A stretch of 63,602 nt of DNA, counting the filler, from Sphacelaria rigidula (Eukaryota), in assembly GCA_964200075.2 (NCBI GenBank). It is 10 parts of 10 records of this genome, joined end to end, with 100 filler letters (N's around TTAATTAATTAA, not from the genome) between each part and the next. Parts side by side here need not be neighbours in the genome. Positions count along the whole stretch, not along the records: positions 12,743 to 19,012 come from CAXNAA020021100.1; positions 19,113 to 25,382 come from CAXNAA020021101.1; 8 more parts are not named here. One strand, given 5' to 3'. Shown piece by piece: positions 12,743-23,700 of the stretch. The notes beneath the pieces were generated by a model. It was not told the origin of the DNA. It made no database searches and was given only the letters and a program-made list of their open reading frames with translations. The position numbers were made by a program, and so were the translations under genes. Each line of letters opens with the position of its first letter. Position 1 is the stretch's first letter.

Positions 12743-12804
12743 GTAGGGATGCGAGGTCAATGGTCTGATGACTATGGCATGCATGATCACGAGTACACCC
12801 TCCC
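12743..12804 (+). repeat. Dispersed structured element, subfamily A (at contig edge)
   Basis: GTAGGGATGCGAGGTCAATGGTCTGATGACTATGGCATGCATGATCACGAGTACACCC. Confidence 0.8.
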
Positions 12805-13169
12805 CGCCTCTCCAAATACCAGCCCAAAACTATCATGAAGAAAATGGCTATACAGCGCCTCATGTTTGGTATCAGGCTGCATAAAGTGCCTTAAATGGGT
12901 GACATTGGCGAAAACGAACCGAAACGTGGGAAATCCCAGCTGCTCTTTATGCTCGGCTATTTTCATTTCACTTTACGGGCAGAGTTTACCTCCCCGTCCC
13001 AGCCATTTGTTTTTTTTCGGGAGGGGGTTATTGTAGAAACACTCAAGTGTTAACGCGGTTGTTGAAATAGTGGCGAGAATCACGGTTGGGCGTACGACTA
13101 TCGCACATTCGTTTTTGCCATCGGCGCATGCTGATTCACTATCCTGTAATTTGGAATACCCTTGCCCAG

Positions 13170-14460
13170 GGCCTCGCAAGGAACTGTGACGACGGGCAAA
13201 CAAACAGTGCGTTCAATACCATTGACGTCAGTAACCAATGATTGATAATTCCTTTCCCTGTGCCATGTCTTCCTGCTGTTATTATACCCATGGGCGAATA
13301 GCGAAGTCAGGTATGTCCCTCTTAATGTTAGGAAGTAGGGGGGAATCCAGAAAGTGGTTGCTGGCCCTGCTGTCCACTTCCATCGTAAGTGGGGTTACCA
13401 CGTGCATATTCAGATGATCTACTAGGTTCCCAGCACGAAAGGTATACCCAACTCCGCTTGGTGGAGAAAGTTCCGTAACAGTCGCTGCAGTAGGTACACT
13501 TGATTGCTGGACATTGGTGTACGTAGGTACTGTAGTTGAAGTGAGAGTTGTAGTAGCTGTATTCGCCTGATTGACAGGTCCATAATTCTCTATGTTTTGA
13601 TGGTTATTATTGTTACCACAATTACGGTCGTGACTGTTGGTTCCGGTTATTGCCGTAGCGATTATTACTCTTGGGTTCAGAGCTACAACTTGCGTTCCCA
13701 TCATTCATTTAATCTTTACACTCTGTTATCACGTTTATTTGTTGTGTCGGCTACACCATTTAACGTGTCGGCTGTTGCGCTGCTTCCTAGATCTGCAGTC
13801 ACGCATGAGGTCACCAGGTTTCCCGCAATCATAACATTTATTCTGAGATTTGGTGGACCTTGAAGACAAATCTAGGGGTGATGATGCATACATAGCACTC
13901 TCTGTACCTATAGATTTTCTCACAGGTTTACCACGAGCTAGGCGGTTGACATATAGGTTGCGCATAGTTGATTCGATCTGTGACAGGCTACAATCAGGAT
14001 CTCGTTCAGCGCCGTGTTTAATTTGAACGTTATCATCAGTTAGCCCTTCTATGCATATATAATGTACTATGTCTCTAGAACATTTTGTATGAGCATCGTC
14101 GTTATTTCGAGTGACGCGCGTACTTGTGATCGATACTGATTGGCTCATTTCGGTTTCCTTTCTTCTGCATTCAACTGACTGTGTAATTGGTCGGTCATTT
14201 CCCCCGATACACAGTGCCCGAAATGGGGCCCTATCCACGAGCATAACAGTACAGTATACTAACTGCGTGGTGAGGCTCAAACCTGTCGAAAGTATGGCCG
14301 AGGCTTGTTTGTAGTACACAATATTCGACTGTCAACTTGACAGGAACAATCGGTTCACCACGTGAACCCAGCTCTGACAAGAGAGCTCGCAGAGGCTGCA
14401 CAGTGTTGTTCAACACTTGCTTGTGCAACTAAAGAAGAAAATATGTTTGACAGTTAGCGC
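13170..14460 (-). mobile_element. Decayed Ty1/copia LTR retrotransposon (gag and protease remnant)
   Basis: Broken ORFs give gag-like ICIEGLTDD..QIK..ERDP...SLSQIESTMRNLY, a degenerate zinc knuckle KCYDCGKPGDLMRDC and a copia-type protease motif LTMEVDSRASNHF (DSGAS-x-H). Stops and frameshifts separate the pieces. Confidence 0.8.
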
Positions 14461-14913
14461 TTCACTCGGCCGAATAAACACAATGAAACACTCGTTTTTT
14501 ATTCACGCAAAAACCAATAACAAGCTGGTAGGCTTGATTGAGTGGAGAAATAATAGAGAGTGACCACGAGTTGGTATTTCAGAAAACTGTCCTATCTCAA
14601 CAAAACCTCTCGTACTATGAACTGTACGACTGGAACTATATGACCATGAACTCTGCATCCACAAACTCATGATACTATAGACTCTTCGAGTCAAGCTCCT
14701 CACTATTCTGATATTAACAGTTTGATCTATACATTCATCAACCCTACGTAACCCTACGGTCAAAACCCGTTCGTACTGTCTGTTCTACTTGCTACTTATG
14801 TTGCGGCTCATGTTGAACTGTAGCTAATTCTACCGCTCAAGTTGTATACAGATATGAAATGGATTTCTTTCCAGCACACTAAATGGATCTGCTCGCGACA
14901 CGGTCATTCGCAG

Positions 14914-14961
14914 GTCTTTACCGCCGTTCGCAACGGCAGTGACAAGGTCTACGCTATCAAG
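14914..14961 (+). CDS. Ser/Thr protein kinase exon (subdomains I-II, catalytic Lys)
   Basis: cattcgcag|VFTAVRNGSDKVYAIK|gtatca, with an alternative stronger donor G|gtgagt after RFR at ~14985. VYAIK is the kinase AxK motif. Confidence 0.65.
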
Positions 14962-16655
14962 GTATCAAGGAGATCGAGGTTCAGGGTGAGTACGCGTTTT
15001 TTAGGCATGAGCAGCATGATATCACACTGGTTAAAGCTGTTGAGAGTTTCGAAAAATAGAGAGTTTTGGAGCAAATGGAGAGTTTTGGAGAAAATAGAGA
15101 ATTTTGGAGAAAGTAGAGAGTTTCGAAAAATTACGAATCTTATTCCAGAGTGAGAGTGGAAGAGTTTCAGAGCGGAAGCTTTTGAAACTTCAGGGTGGGC
15201 GGTGAAAAGTTCACAACGGAAGCTACTGTGACGTGACTTGATGTCGATTTTTTTGTCGCAGTAATTGCCGCAAGTCGTGCTGCCAAATGTGCGATTGGCC
15301 AGCGTCCGGTTCGAAAATGCATAGGTCAGCACAGCACTGTACAGCAGTAACCTTTCTGTGTTGTACCGTACTTTGCGGCACCATACCGTACATTACGCGT
15401 AACTTCACTCGCAGTACTTCACTGCACTGCAGTGCCCTACGGGATGCTGTAATGCATTGCAGTATACGGCACAGACAGCGTAATGCAATGCAATGCAGAA
15501 CCCTACAGTGCTTTGCGGCACGGTAAGGTACAGCGATACTGTACAAAACAAACGTGTGGCAGCACTTCCAAAGAACAGGTGAAGACGCATGACAACGAGT
15601 TTCCAACGTGCCACCCATGCAAGAGAAAGGAGCTGTGCCCAAGGCGACGTCCTGTGCGTGCTGAGCATTGAGTTTTTCGCAACAAAACCAAGCGAATGCT
15701 GATACCATGGCAGCATCGGGTCGTTCCCCTGATTACGGTGCCAAGGGTGGCTACTTCGTGGCTGTCCGTCGTGATGAGCATGACAGTTGTGATGGATGTC
15801 CCATGATGTTTGCTCGTCAGGGTATGTTGATTGTGAACTGGCTGTGACAGTGGTGGTGGGGGCGGGAGCGGTTCCATTTCTTCCCACTATGAAGTTTGAA
15901 GAGGCACACCGGTATATAGAGTGGAGTGCTCCAAACGGGACTCTGACGCTGAAGAAAAGCTCACGCTGAACTTTGCTTCATAGTGGAACACATACCGTTA
16001 CCGGCTTTTGTCTTCTTTTCTTTTCACTCTGACTCTAAAATACCGAAAACACATTCTCCGAAAGTCGATTATTCTTTTTCGCGTGTTAGATTCAGGCCGC
16101 TCATTATAGCAGACAAAAATATATATCTGGAGAAGTGGCTTTTTGGAGCTATTAAGTCGTTTTACGCCCTAGAAGAGAGCTAGGCGGATTTCGACACCTT
16201 GGAATGGCTTGCTGTACTCGTTGGGACGTTTCCAGCACACCTGTGCGTTTTCCCGGGAGCCGCATTTGTTTTCTTGCCCAGATTTGCATTTTTCTCGGAG
16301 ATCGCTGTGGCCACCAGAAAAGCGCATCTCAACGAGCACAGCAAGGCATTCCAAGGTGTCAAAAATTGCCTAGCTCTATGTTAGGGCGTGAAACGACTTA
16401 AACGCTCCAAAAAAACACCTTTCCAGATTTATATTTTTGTCTCCTACAAGGAGCGGCCTCAGAGTGGAAGGGGGAAGAACTGGTGATGGTATACGTTCCA
16501 TTATTATAACATTTCTGGGGTCAACTTTCAGCGTCACATCAGCTTCCGCTGTGAACTGTTCAGCGTCAACTGACAGCGCCCAATCTGAACTCTCGAAAGC
16601 TTCCATTCTGAAGCTTTTCCACTCTGACGTTGACATGAAGTTTCGATTTTTTTCC

Positions 16656-16791
16656 ACACCCTGGACAATAGATCACGTTGTCGAAGAGTGCACTGCGTAC
16701 GATATGGACTATTGCGTCTATTGCAGTACACGAAGGATTCCATACTGTACGCAGTACACGTTTTGACGATGGAATACATAGTCCAGGGTGT
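16656..16791. mobile_element. Small MITE (ACACCCTGGA TIR family) nested in another repeat
   Basis: ACACCCTGGAC..GTCCAGGGTGT. The body is homologous to 61413-61558. It interrupts a repeat family also seen at ~15050-15250 and 15890-16650. Confidence 0.65.
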
Positions 16792-16865
16792 TACTTTCCA
16801 CCGAACCTCTCTATTTCAACCTATCAAGTAGCACCTTTCTCGCCTTCCCACCTGATCTACGCAAG

Positions 16866-16903
16866 GTTGTACATCGAAGTGCACAGCGTATAAGTTCGCG
16901 GCG
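16866..16903 (+). CDS. Probable short kinase exon linking subdomain II to helix alphaC
   Basis: Branch-point-like CTGAT and gcaag|GTTGTACAT...TCGCGGCG|gtgagt, encoding VVHRSAQRISSR(R). Phase 0 in and phase 2 out, compatible with both neighbouring kinase exons. Confidence 0.5.
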
Positions 16904-17212
16904 GTGAGTATACAGCAGGCAGGAAAGGACCAGGAGAGCGAATTTTATTATGTTGTTGGTCAATTAGGCTCTACAGCAAAATGACATAGTTCACTTGCAC
17001 AGTTTTTATTTTCAACAGACGGCTGTAGTGTCAAAGATGATCTGATGGTAATGATCTCTTAGCTATGTTACCTAGTCTCGAAAATGCAAGACTCGTGCAC
17101 CGCATCTCGTAGCTCATGTCGTTCCTCAGACTGTGCGGCATCATTTGACCATTCATGCTACGATTTGATCCTGCACGCCCTTCGTCGCTGTATACCGTTT
17201 GTTGAGCCCGTC

Positions 17213-17485
17213 TGTAATGCGTGAGGGGATCGCGTGCTTGGGGGACCGCATCGGAGTGTGTAAACAATCCTATGGTTAGTGTTAGTGTTAGTGTTAGTGT
17301 TAGTGTCAGGGTTAGTGTTAGTGTTAGTGTTAGTGTTAGTGTTAGTGTTAGTGTTAGTGTTAGTGTTAGTGTCAGGGTTAGTGCTGGGTTGAGGGTTAGG
17401 GGTGTGGTCCCTGCAGGGACTGGCCCGATTGGTTTTGAAAACTACGATGCGGTCCCCTGAGCACGCGGTCCTCTCACGCATTACA
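17213..17485. mobile_element. TGT...ACA MITE with ~40-bp TIRs and 5-bp TSD (Ginger-like), containing a (GTTAGT)n array
   Basis: TIR TGTAATGCGTGAG(A/G)GGA(C/T)CGCGTGCT. TSD ccgtc/tcgtc. Internal (GTTAGT)n and GGGTTAG at ~17275-17400. Confidence 0.75.
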
Positions 17486-17820
17486 TCGTCTACCTCGGCG
17501 ACAAATGCCCTCCATTTTCCATTCCCGATATCAGAATACAATTAGCAACACATTCTCCGAAGGCACGGCGACTGCATGACATGCGTAAAGAACAGCTGTA
17601 CAACGTAAGGCTATCTGCCGTAAGAATACTGGAAGATGCATCTAAACGCTATGTGAGAGTATATCCAACATACCGGCGGGAGCTCTCCACTGGGCACTTT
17701 TGACGGCAACGCCATATTCGCTGCACAAGCGTGACTGCGGGTTCACCAACCGCGGGTTAGAGCTACGTTCACAACATCCTGCACTACTGTAGTGCTCGTA
17801 TGCAACACACACGCACACAC

Positions 17821-17896
17821 CTGGAACGTGTCCACGAGGTCGATAATGGACGGGTGGCTCAGGTATTGCATGATTTCCACCTCATTCATCCAGGCC
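17821..17896 (-). CDS. Intact-looking kinase exon (subdomains III-IV), antisense to the upstream kinase exons
   Basis: gtcgacaag|G-AWMNEVEIMQYLSHPSIIDLVDTFQ|gtgtgt. Retains the alphaC Glu and the L-x-H-P-x-I-I-x-L motif of CAMK-like kinases. Confidence 0.7.
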
Positions 17897-17994
17897 CTTG
17901 TCGACTACCGTCGGTGGAGTCATGCCAATGCAGAGGAGGGATCCGATCCCTTCTTTGCATTGACATGGCTCTACTACCGACGGTAGTCAACACG

Positions 17995-18070
17995 GGCTTG
18001 GTTGAATGGGGTGGAAATCGTCCAAAACCTGGGCCATCTCTACCTCATCAGCCTCGTGGATACATGTCAG
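17995..18070 (+). pseudogene. Degenerate sense copy of the same kinase exon
   Basis: Same 76-nt length, encoding AWLNGVEIVQNLGHLYLISLVDTCQ (alphaC E to G, HP to HL). Acceptor AAG is changed to ACG; donor gtgagt is intact. Confidence 0.65.
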
Positions 18071-18185
18071 GTGAGTGCGTGTGTGTTGTATACGAGCACC
18101 ACAGTAGTGCAAGATGTTGTGAACGTAGCTCTAACCCGCGGTTGGTGAATCCGCAGTCAAGCTTGTGCGGCGAACATGGCGGTGC

Positions 18186-18396
18186 TGTAATGCGTGAGAG
18201 GACCGCGTGCTTACAGGACCGCATCGTGGTTCGAAACACCTCAGGAGCGACGTTTTCCAAAACCAATCGGGCCAGTTCCTGCAGGGGCCACGGCTCTGAC
18301 CCCAACCCCAACACTAACCCTAACCCTGAGCCTTACCATAGGGGTGTTTGAATTACGGTGTGGTCCCCTAAGCACGCGGTCCTCTCACGCATTACA
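18186..18396. mobile_element. Second copy of the TGT...ACA Ginger-like MITE (opposite orientation)
   Basis: Same TIRs; TSD ggtgc/gttgc. The empty site (catggc-gttgc-cgtc) is visible in the other palindrome arm. Internal CCCAAC/CTAACC units. Confidence 0.8.
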
Positions 18397-18844
18397 GTTG
18401 CCGTCAAAGGTGGTCAGCGGAGAGCTCCCACCAGTATGTTGGCTATTCTCTCACATGGCGTTTGGATGCGTTCTCCAGTATTCTTACCGCCGATATCGCT
18501 TTGTGCACTTGGCTTACTTAGACCGGCTCGGTCTCTCCATAGGAGACACGGGCATGCGTGCTCCCTGTGCCTCTCGGGAGGTTTTGCCTCCACTACAATC
18601 CCTTGTACCTTGTACGAGCGCGCGCCGAGACTGAGGCTCTCATTCTGTTCTAGACAGCACACAGATATTTTGGTCTGTCGACACTCCGCTAGGGCACACC
18701 ACTCTGCCCAACGATGGTAGGCTCGCGTCGCAGGAGTGGATCGCAAGAGATATACCATTAGTCGGACTAGATTGTTGATGCACCAGCTCAGCGAGTATCC
18801 TCTCCCCCCCCTGTGTTGGAGGTGTCTCTATTAGGAGTAGGGAC

Positions 18845-18915
18845 GGCGCTCCGCCTCGAAAGGGATGTGTGATCAATGGTCAAACGACTATTGATAAGGC
18901 AAGCAACAAATGAAT

Positions 18916-18962
<47 letters not shown>
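18845..18962 (+). repeat. Dispersed structured element, subfamily B, with long poly-C
   Basis: GCTCCGCCTC-GAAA-GGGATG..ATGGTC-AAAC-GACTA..AAGGCAAGCAACAAATGAATA-(C)n. Other B copies at 25483-25528, 25534-25611, 31637-31690, 51683-51774(-), 55720-55804, 56255-56327, 60249-60321(-), 60328-60376(-) and 60859-60931. Confidence 0.85.
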
Positions 18963-18964
<2 letters not shown>

Positions 18965-20256
18965 CCCCGCCCGCGCGGAACAGAGGAGAGCTCGCGCGGC
19001 GGGCCCGCCATCNNNNNNNNNNNNNNNNNNNNNNNNNNNNNNNNNNNNNNNNNNNNTTAATTAATTAANNNNNNNNNNNNNNNNNNNNNNNNNNNNNNNN
19101 NNNNNNNNNNNNGGTTGCCACATCCTGTGAAAGCTCTCCATTGCGATTGATACTGCTTGATACATCTGTACATTGCCTGATGCGCACAACACCCGAATTA
19201 TAGTACAGACAAGTTTGTACCTGAAAATAGGTTGGATGAAACTTTCGGTCTTCATCTAACCCGGCCGTTACATACATTCGTTGATTTTCAGCAACATGAA
19301 GCCACTGTTTCATGCATGTGCAGGACACGTCATTCCTAACCAGCCTCGTTGATCGGTCTGGAGGCCCAGTCCCAAAAGGTTCAAGGCATAACTCATGACG
19401 TAAATTTTACGTTTTCGTTTCTTCTTTTCCGCGTAAAACCCTTACTGATGCGGTTTTCTCAAGCTATCGATTGTTATAATCCAATCACAATTGACGGTTC
19501 TCGGTAAAATATTCGTTCGATATTTTACCCCGAGCCAGGCCAAGGGTGACTTCCAAAATCATAAATATTACGACATAACTCATTACGGAAATATTTGTTT
19601 CCCGTTTGATTTTCTCCTGCGTGACACTCTCATTGATGGGGTTCTTTCAAGCTATAGAACGTTCCAGTCGCCCAAAAAGCAGAGATTTGGCGTCGAGCCT
19701 TTACTAACTATACGCCACCGTAATACTGCATTCGCGTATCATCTAGAAGCTTGAAATGGCTAAAAGTTATGGGTTTGTTCATCAACCCTTCATCCCCAAA
19801 ATGTGTTATGACAATCCTACACAGGCTGCTTTAGGATGAACGCCCAAAATGTATCTCCTCGCTATTTCTCCCGCAGAGATTGGGAGTGAGACCTTGAAGT
19901 TTTGCCCACGTATACTGTGGGATATTGCGAAAATTTTGATCAATATTCTTCCTTCGCTAGACATGTGGGGTTCGGGGGACCATGCGGTCTCGTGGGACAC
20001 GGGGTATCTGAAAAAAAAAACAAAAAATCGAAGAACTTCATTCATCGAAATTTTCGCAATTTAGCACACATGTGCAAAATTTCAGAATCTAACTGAAAAA
20101 AACCCACGTGAGAAATTGTCGATGAGTGGGGTAAACTGTAATATAATCTGCCGAACCCTCTCATTGCCTTATTTCAGCATTAAACCGACATTTTTTTTGC
20201 GCGTCTAAGCTTACATCCGCCGTTCGAGATCACTTTCAGAGTTACACAGCAAGTTC

Positions 20257-20783
20257 CAAGGTTGTGTTCTGTAGGGTATAGGGTTCCTTACAGAACTTAC
20301 CGAAATATCGGATACCGGTATGAAAGTCTTACAGATTATACACAACTGTCGGGTACCGGTTTTAAAGTCTTACAGAAATTACAGAACGTGTTTGGTACGG
20401 TACGGGAGGCTTTACAGAATACAATCGGGTATTTCTTCAAAGGCATACCCGCGCTCCGGGTACGGGCATACATCATGTTCGAAACTCACAGACTGGCGAG
20501 CAAGGGTATGGGAGGCGAACAAAACCCACAGAAACTGTCGGGCAGGGTATGGAGGCTGCACAGAAAACCGTACCCGCAACTGGGTACCTTCTCAAGAGCA
20601 TATCCGTGCCCCCGGTAACGGTACGGGAGGGGTACGGAATTCACAGAACTATCGGGTAAGGGTATGGAAGTCTTACAGAGTTTACAGAACTGTCGGGTAC
20701 CCGTATGAAAATGTCGGGTACGGTAATACCCTGGAAAATATCCCGGGTACACATAAAACCGTACCCTACAGAACACAACCTTG
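20257..20783. mobile_element. hAT-like MITE with GGGTA/ACAGAA subterminal repeats
   Basis: TIR CAAGGTTGTGTTCTGTAGGGTA / TACCCTACAGAACACAACCTTG; 8-bp TSD gcaagttc/gaaagttc. Confidence 0.8.
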
Positions 20784-23700
20784 GAAAGTTCTCACAAACG
20801 TTCTTTGGACTACCTCGGGACGACTGACAATTGCATATTTGATTTTTAAGCATTCTGCACTGGCTTCTTGGGGTCTTCACACCGGAAACGCCGGAAACCG
20901 GTAGAAAGCGGATAAACTTCTAAGTTTATTCGAGGTTCTCTTTTTCCATCTATAGCAACCATATCTATCAATTTGCGAAGTTTAAGGATGCTCAGTGCTT
21001 TTCTACAACAGGTGTATGAGAAGACTTCACGAGGCATCCATCATCAACGGAAATCCGACGACACAGAAATCCACATTACCGAAATACCATGTTTGGGGCA
21101 TACCTTGATGGCACACAATTCGTTATCAAACATGATTTTTGCGATAGATTCCCTAGCTGATGGCGGTTACCAAGGTATGAGGCATGGCGAGACTGGGGAA
21201 AAAAAATATCGGAATTTCGCGTTTGTAATTTCAGAACAAATCGAAGGCCCCTGATTGGCCGAGAAACATTCTCACGACCGGCACCACGGCAATGGATACA
21301 GGAAAAATTCTGGGTATGTCACACTGTTCGCTTGCTCGCGGGGGGTCACTATGATACCAAATATGCTTCTATGGGGTCCGTTTTGCGTTCTGTTCCTAAT
21401 GGTGAATAATTTTTGGGCTTTCACCCTGAACTAGTCTGTGTGGAACGCGTGAACATTGTTTGTCACCCACGCGTCACTGACTTCTCAGCGAGTAATTGGA
21501 GCGCACCTCACACGATGACAATGCTGTATCCAAAAATTCATTTCCCACGCGCCAGAGGGCAACACAACCGACATGTAAGCACGAAAATCAAGACTTGGCG
21601 TACGAAGCCGACACGACGTGATACCTCAAAACTTGGATCGCGATGGTACAGTTACCACACGTTAACTTTTTTTGTGATGAACAACGTTCTATATTCAAGT
21701 TCGAAATATGCATGAGGCAGGCCGCCCTGCCATATCAGAGTGTGGAACAGCTCGCAATATCCACGCCATGGGGGTGTTGCTGAGCAGTAGATATCAAGAG
21801 TGTAGATGGGTTGCTTGTGCTAGGCACGCACGATGTGTTGAAAACAAGACAGCTTCATGCATATGCATATCTATTCCTATGAAATCGTGACCGATGCATG
21901 CACCAACCGTCATGGAGGAATGACAAAAAAAAGGCGCTATAGATACACCACCTGACTTTGGGCTGAGTTGGTTGTTACAGCCCTCCCTACGTCACCCGCC
22001 CTTTGTGAGGGCATGTCCTTCTATGCAATCCAATTCTACTCGCTGCACCACGTACACGTTATTCGCCATCACGTGTGCTGTTTGTTCCTCTTCTTTTGGC
22101 CGCTTCCGCCGGGCTCGCCATGGATGGAGTAAACAGCTGCAGCTATCCAGACATATGTCTTCTCGAATACAACATTCCGCACCGCAGGTAGTGTGCGGCA
22201 ATCTCAATACTACCGTTGAGAGGTTCTTCACGCTTCGAGATGAAAGAGATCGGGACCATCCAGGAACGTCATGGGGGGGTGGATCAGTGAGGCGGAAGTA
22301 GGCACGGCGGCTCCAGCTAACGGGCGGCTAGAACGTCCACAGCTGTGGCGATCGCTTCAGACTCATAGCCAACTAGATATTGAATTGCATTCCGATCGTC
22401 ACATGCGCATCAGCTTCCTTACTTTTGCGAGAGCGTAGCGAGGGTAGATGATAAATTACATCGGAGGAGCATTGGCTCATGTACGGGGATACAATCCCTC
22501 ACTGGGGGAGCTGTGGCAACCTAGGAGTGTGCAAAATTTGCGACACAAACGCAAAATGTCCTTTGTTTGGCACAAAAAATATACGGCACAGTCTGAAGTA
22601 CCGTGGCCTTCGTATAAAGAGAGATCCCCGTAGTGACGCGCGCCCAACTGGACTGGAAATGAATAACATAAAAACTATCGTATTGTATTGAAATGAATGA
22701 ACATTTAAATGTACTTCCGAATCGAGGTAAAGACGATGACGTGTCTCCCTCGCGTACCTGTCTGACCAAAAAGCAGTATGACTTGTTAAATGCAAGCACT
22801 GGACTGCATTTCATGCTGCGAATTTCGGCCGATGAATGATTCAGAACGTAGCCTTCTGAGCCCACATGCCGCATGCGAAGCCTTTTCCGCAGTGGTGTAT
22901 ACCCGTTTGGTCGAAGTTTGTGGTCAGAGTACCCCCTTCTTGTCTACTCCTTCATCGCAATCGGGTAATGTCGCGTGCATCTGGTACTGACTGTAGTGTG
23001 CGAAAAAAAGCGGAGTACGTGGACGGCTCCGATCAAGGAACGACAGATCATTTGCTGCATGCGGGGGGGCTCAACACATACCTCAACAACCGTAGATATC
23101 CGTCGGGTGTAGACAAGGTACCGTAGGCTGCAGGGGACAAAGTTAACCCCCCCCCCGCATCCCCCCCCGCATCCCCGAACCCAGTTTGAGATAAATTCCG
23201 ACCTCGATTGTTTACCCGCAAGATGGTACTGCTAGTGAAGGCGATCCGTGTTGCATCACCGTTATCCAGGCATGCACGAGGGGACGTTCAATACTACAGG
23301 ATTTCATCTGTTAAGAGACTGGAGGTTGGTGGGAAAGTAGTACAAGGGGGTGTTATTCATCGTACTGTTGTGAGTTTACAATTTGAGACTTCGGTGGTCT
23401 CTGAAAGGAAACGCAGCGATTGTGTCGCCCTGCTAGAAGTCGCATCCTCAACATCTCTCCTTCGATATTTCGTCGATAACGTAGCTGTCGCGCGAGTTTC
23501 AGAGCTTGTGTATACATCTCGATAGATTAAAGATGAAAAACTTGTCATTGGGGGATACTAGATACCGTTCAGTAACAGCTAGCTGTGACAGCGGTGACGG
23601 TCATCTGCCGTGTCCTGCCATCTGGTCCTCCCGTCCGATTGCGCAACATTTGGACAAGGCGGAATGCTATAAGTCTGTGTCCTACCAACCGAACCCAGCA

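Larger units (their letters stand above)
17610..18497. repeat. Imperfect ~890-bp palindrome: inverted duplication of a kinase exon and flanking intron, centred at ~17944
   Basis: Arms are reverse complements from the centre (GGATCCGATCC) outward, e.g. CACCAACCGCGGGTTAGAGCTACGTTCACAACATC / GATGTTGTGAACGTAGCTCTAACCCGCGGTTGGTG. The right arm is interrupted by the MITE at 18186-18396. Confidence 0.9.
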
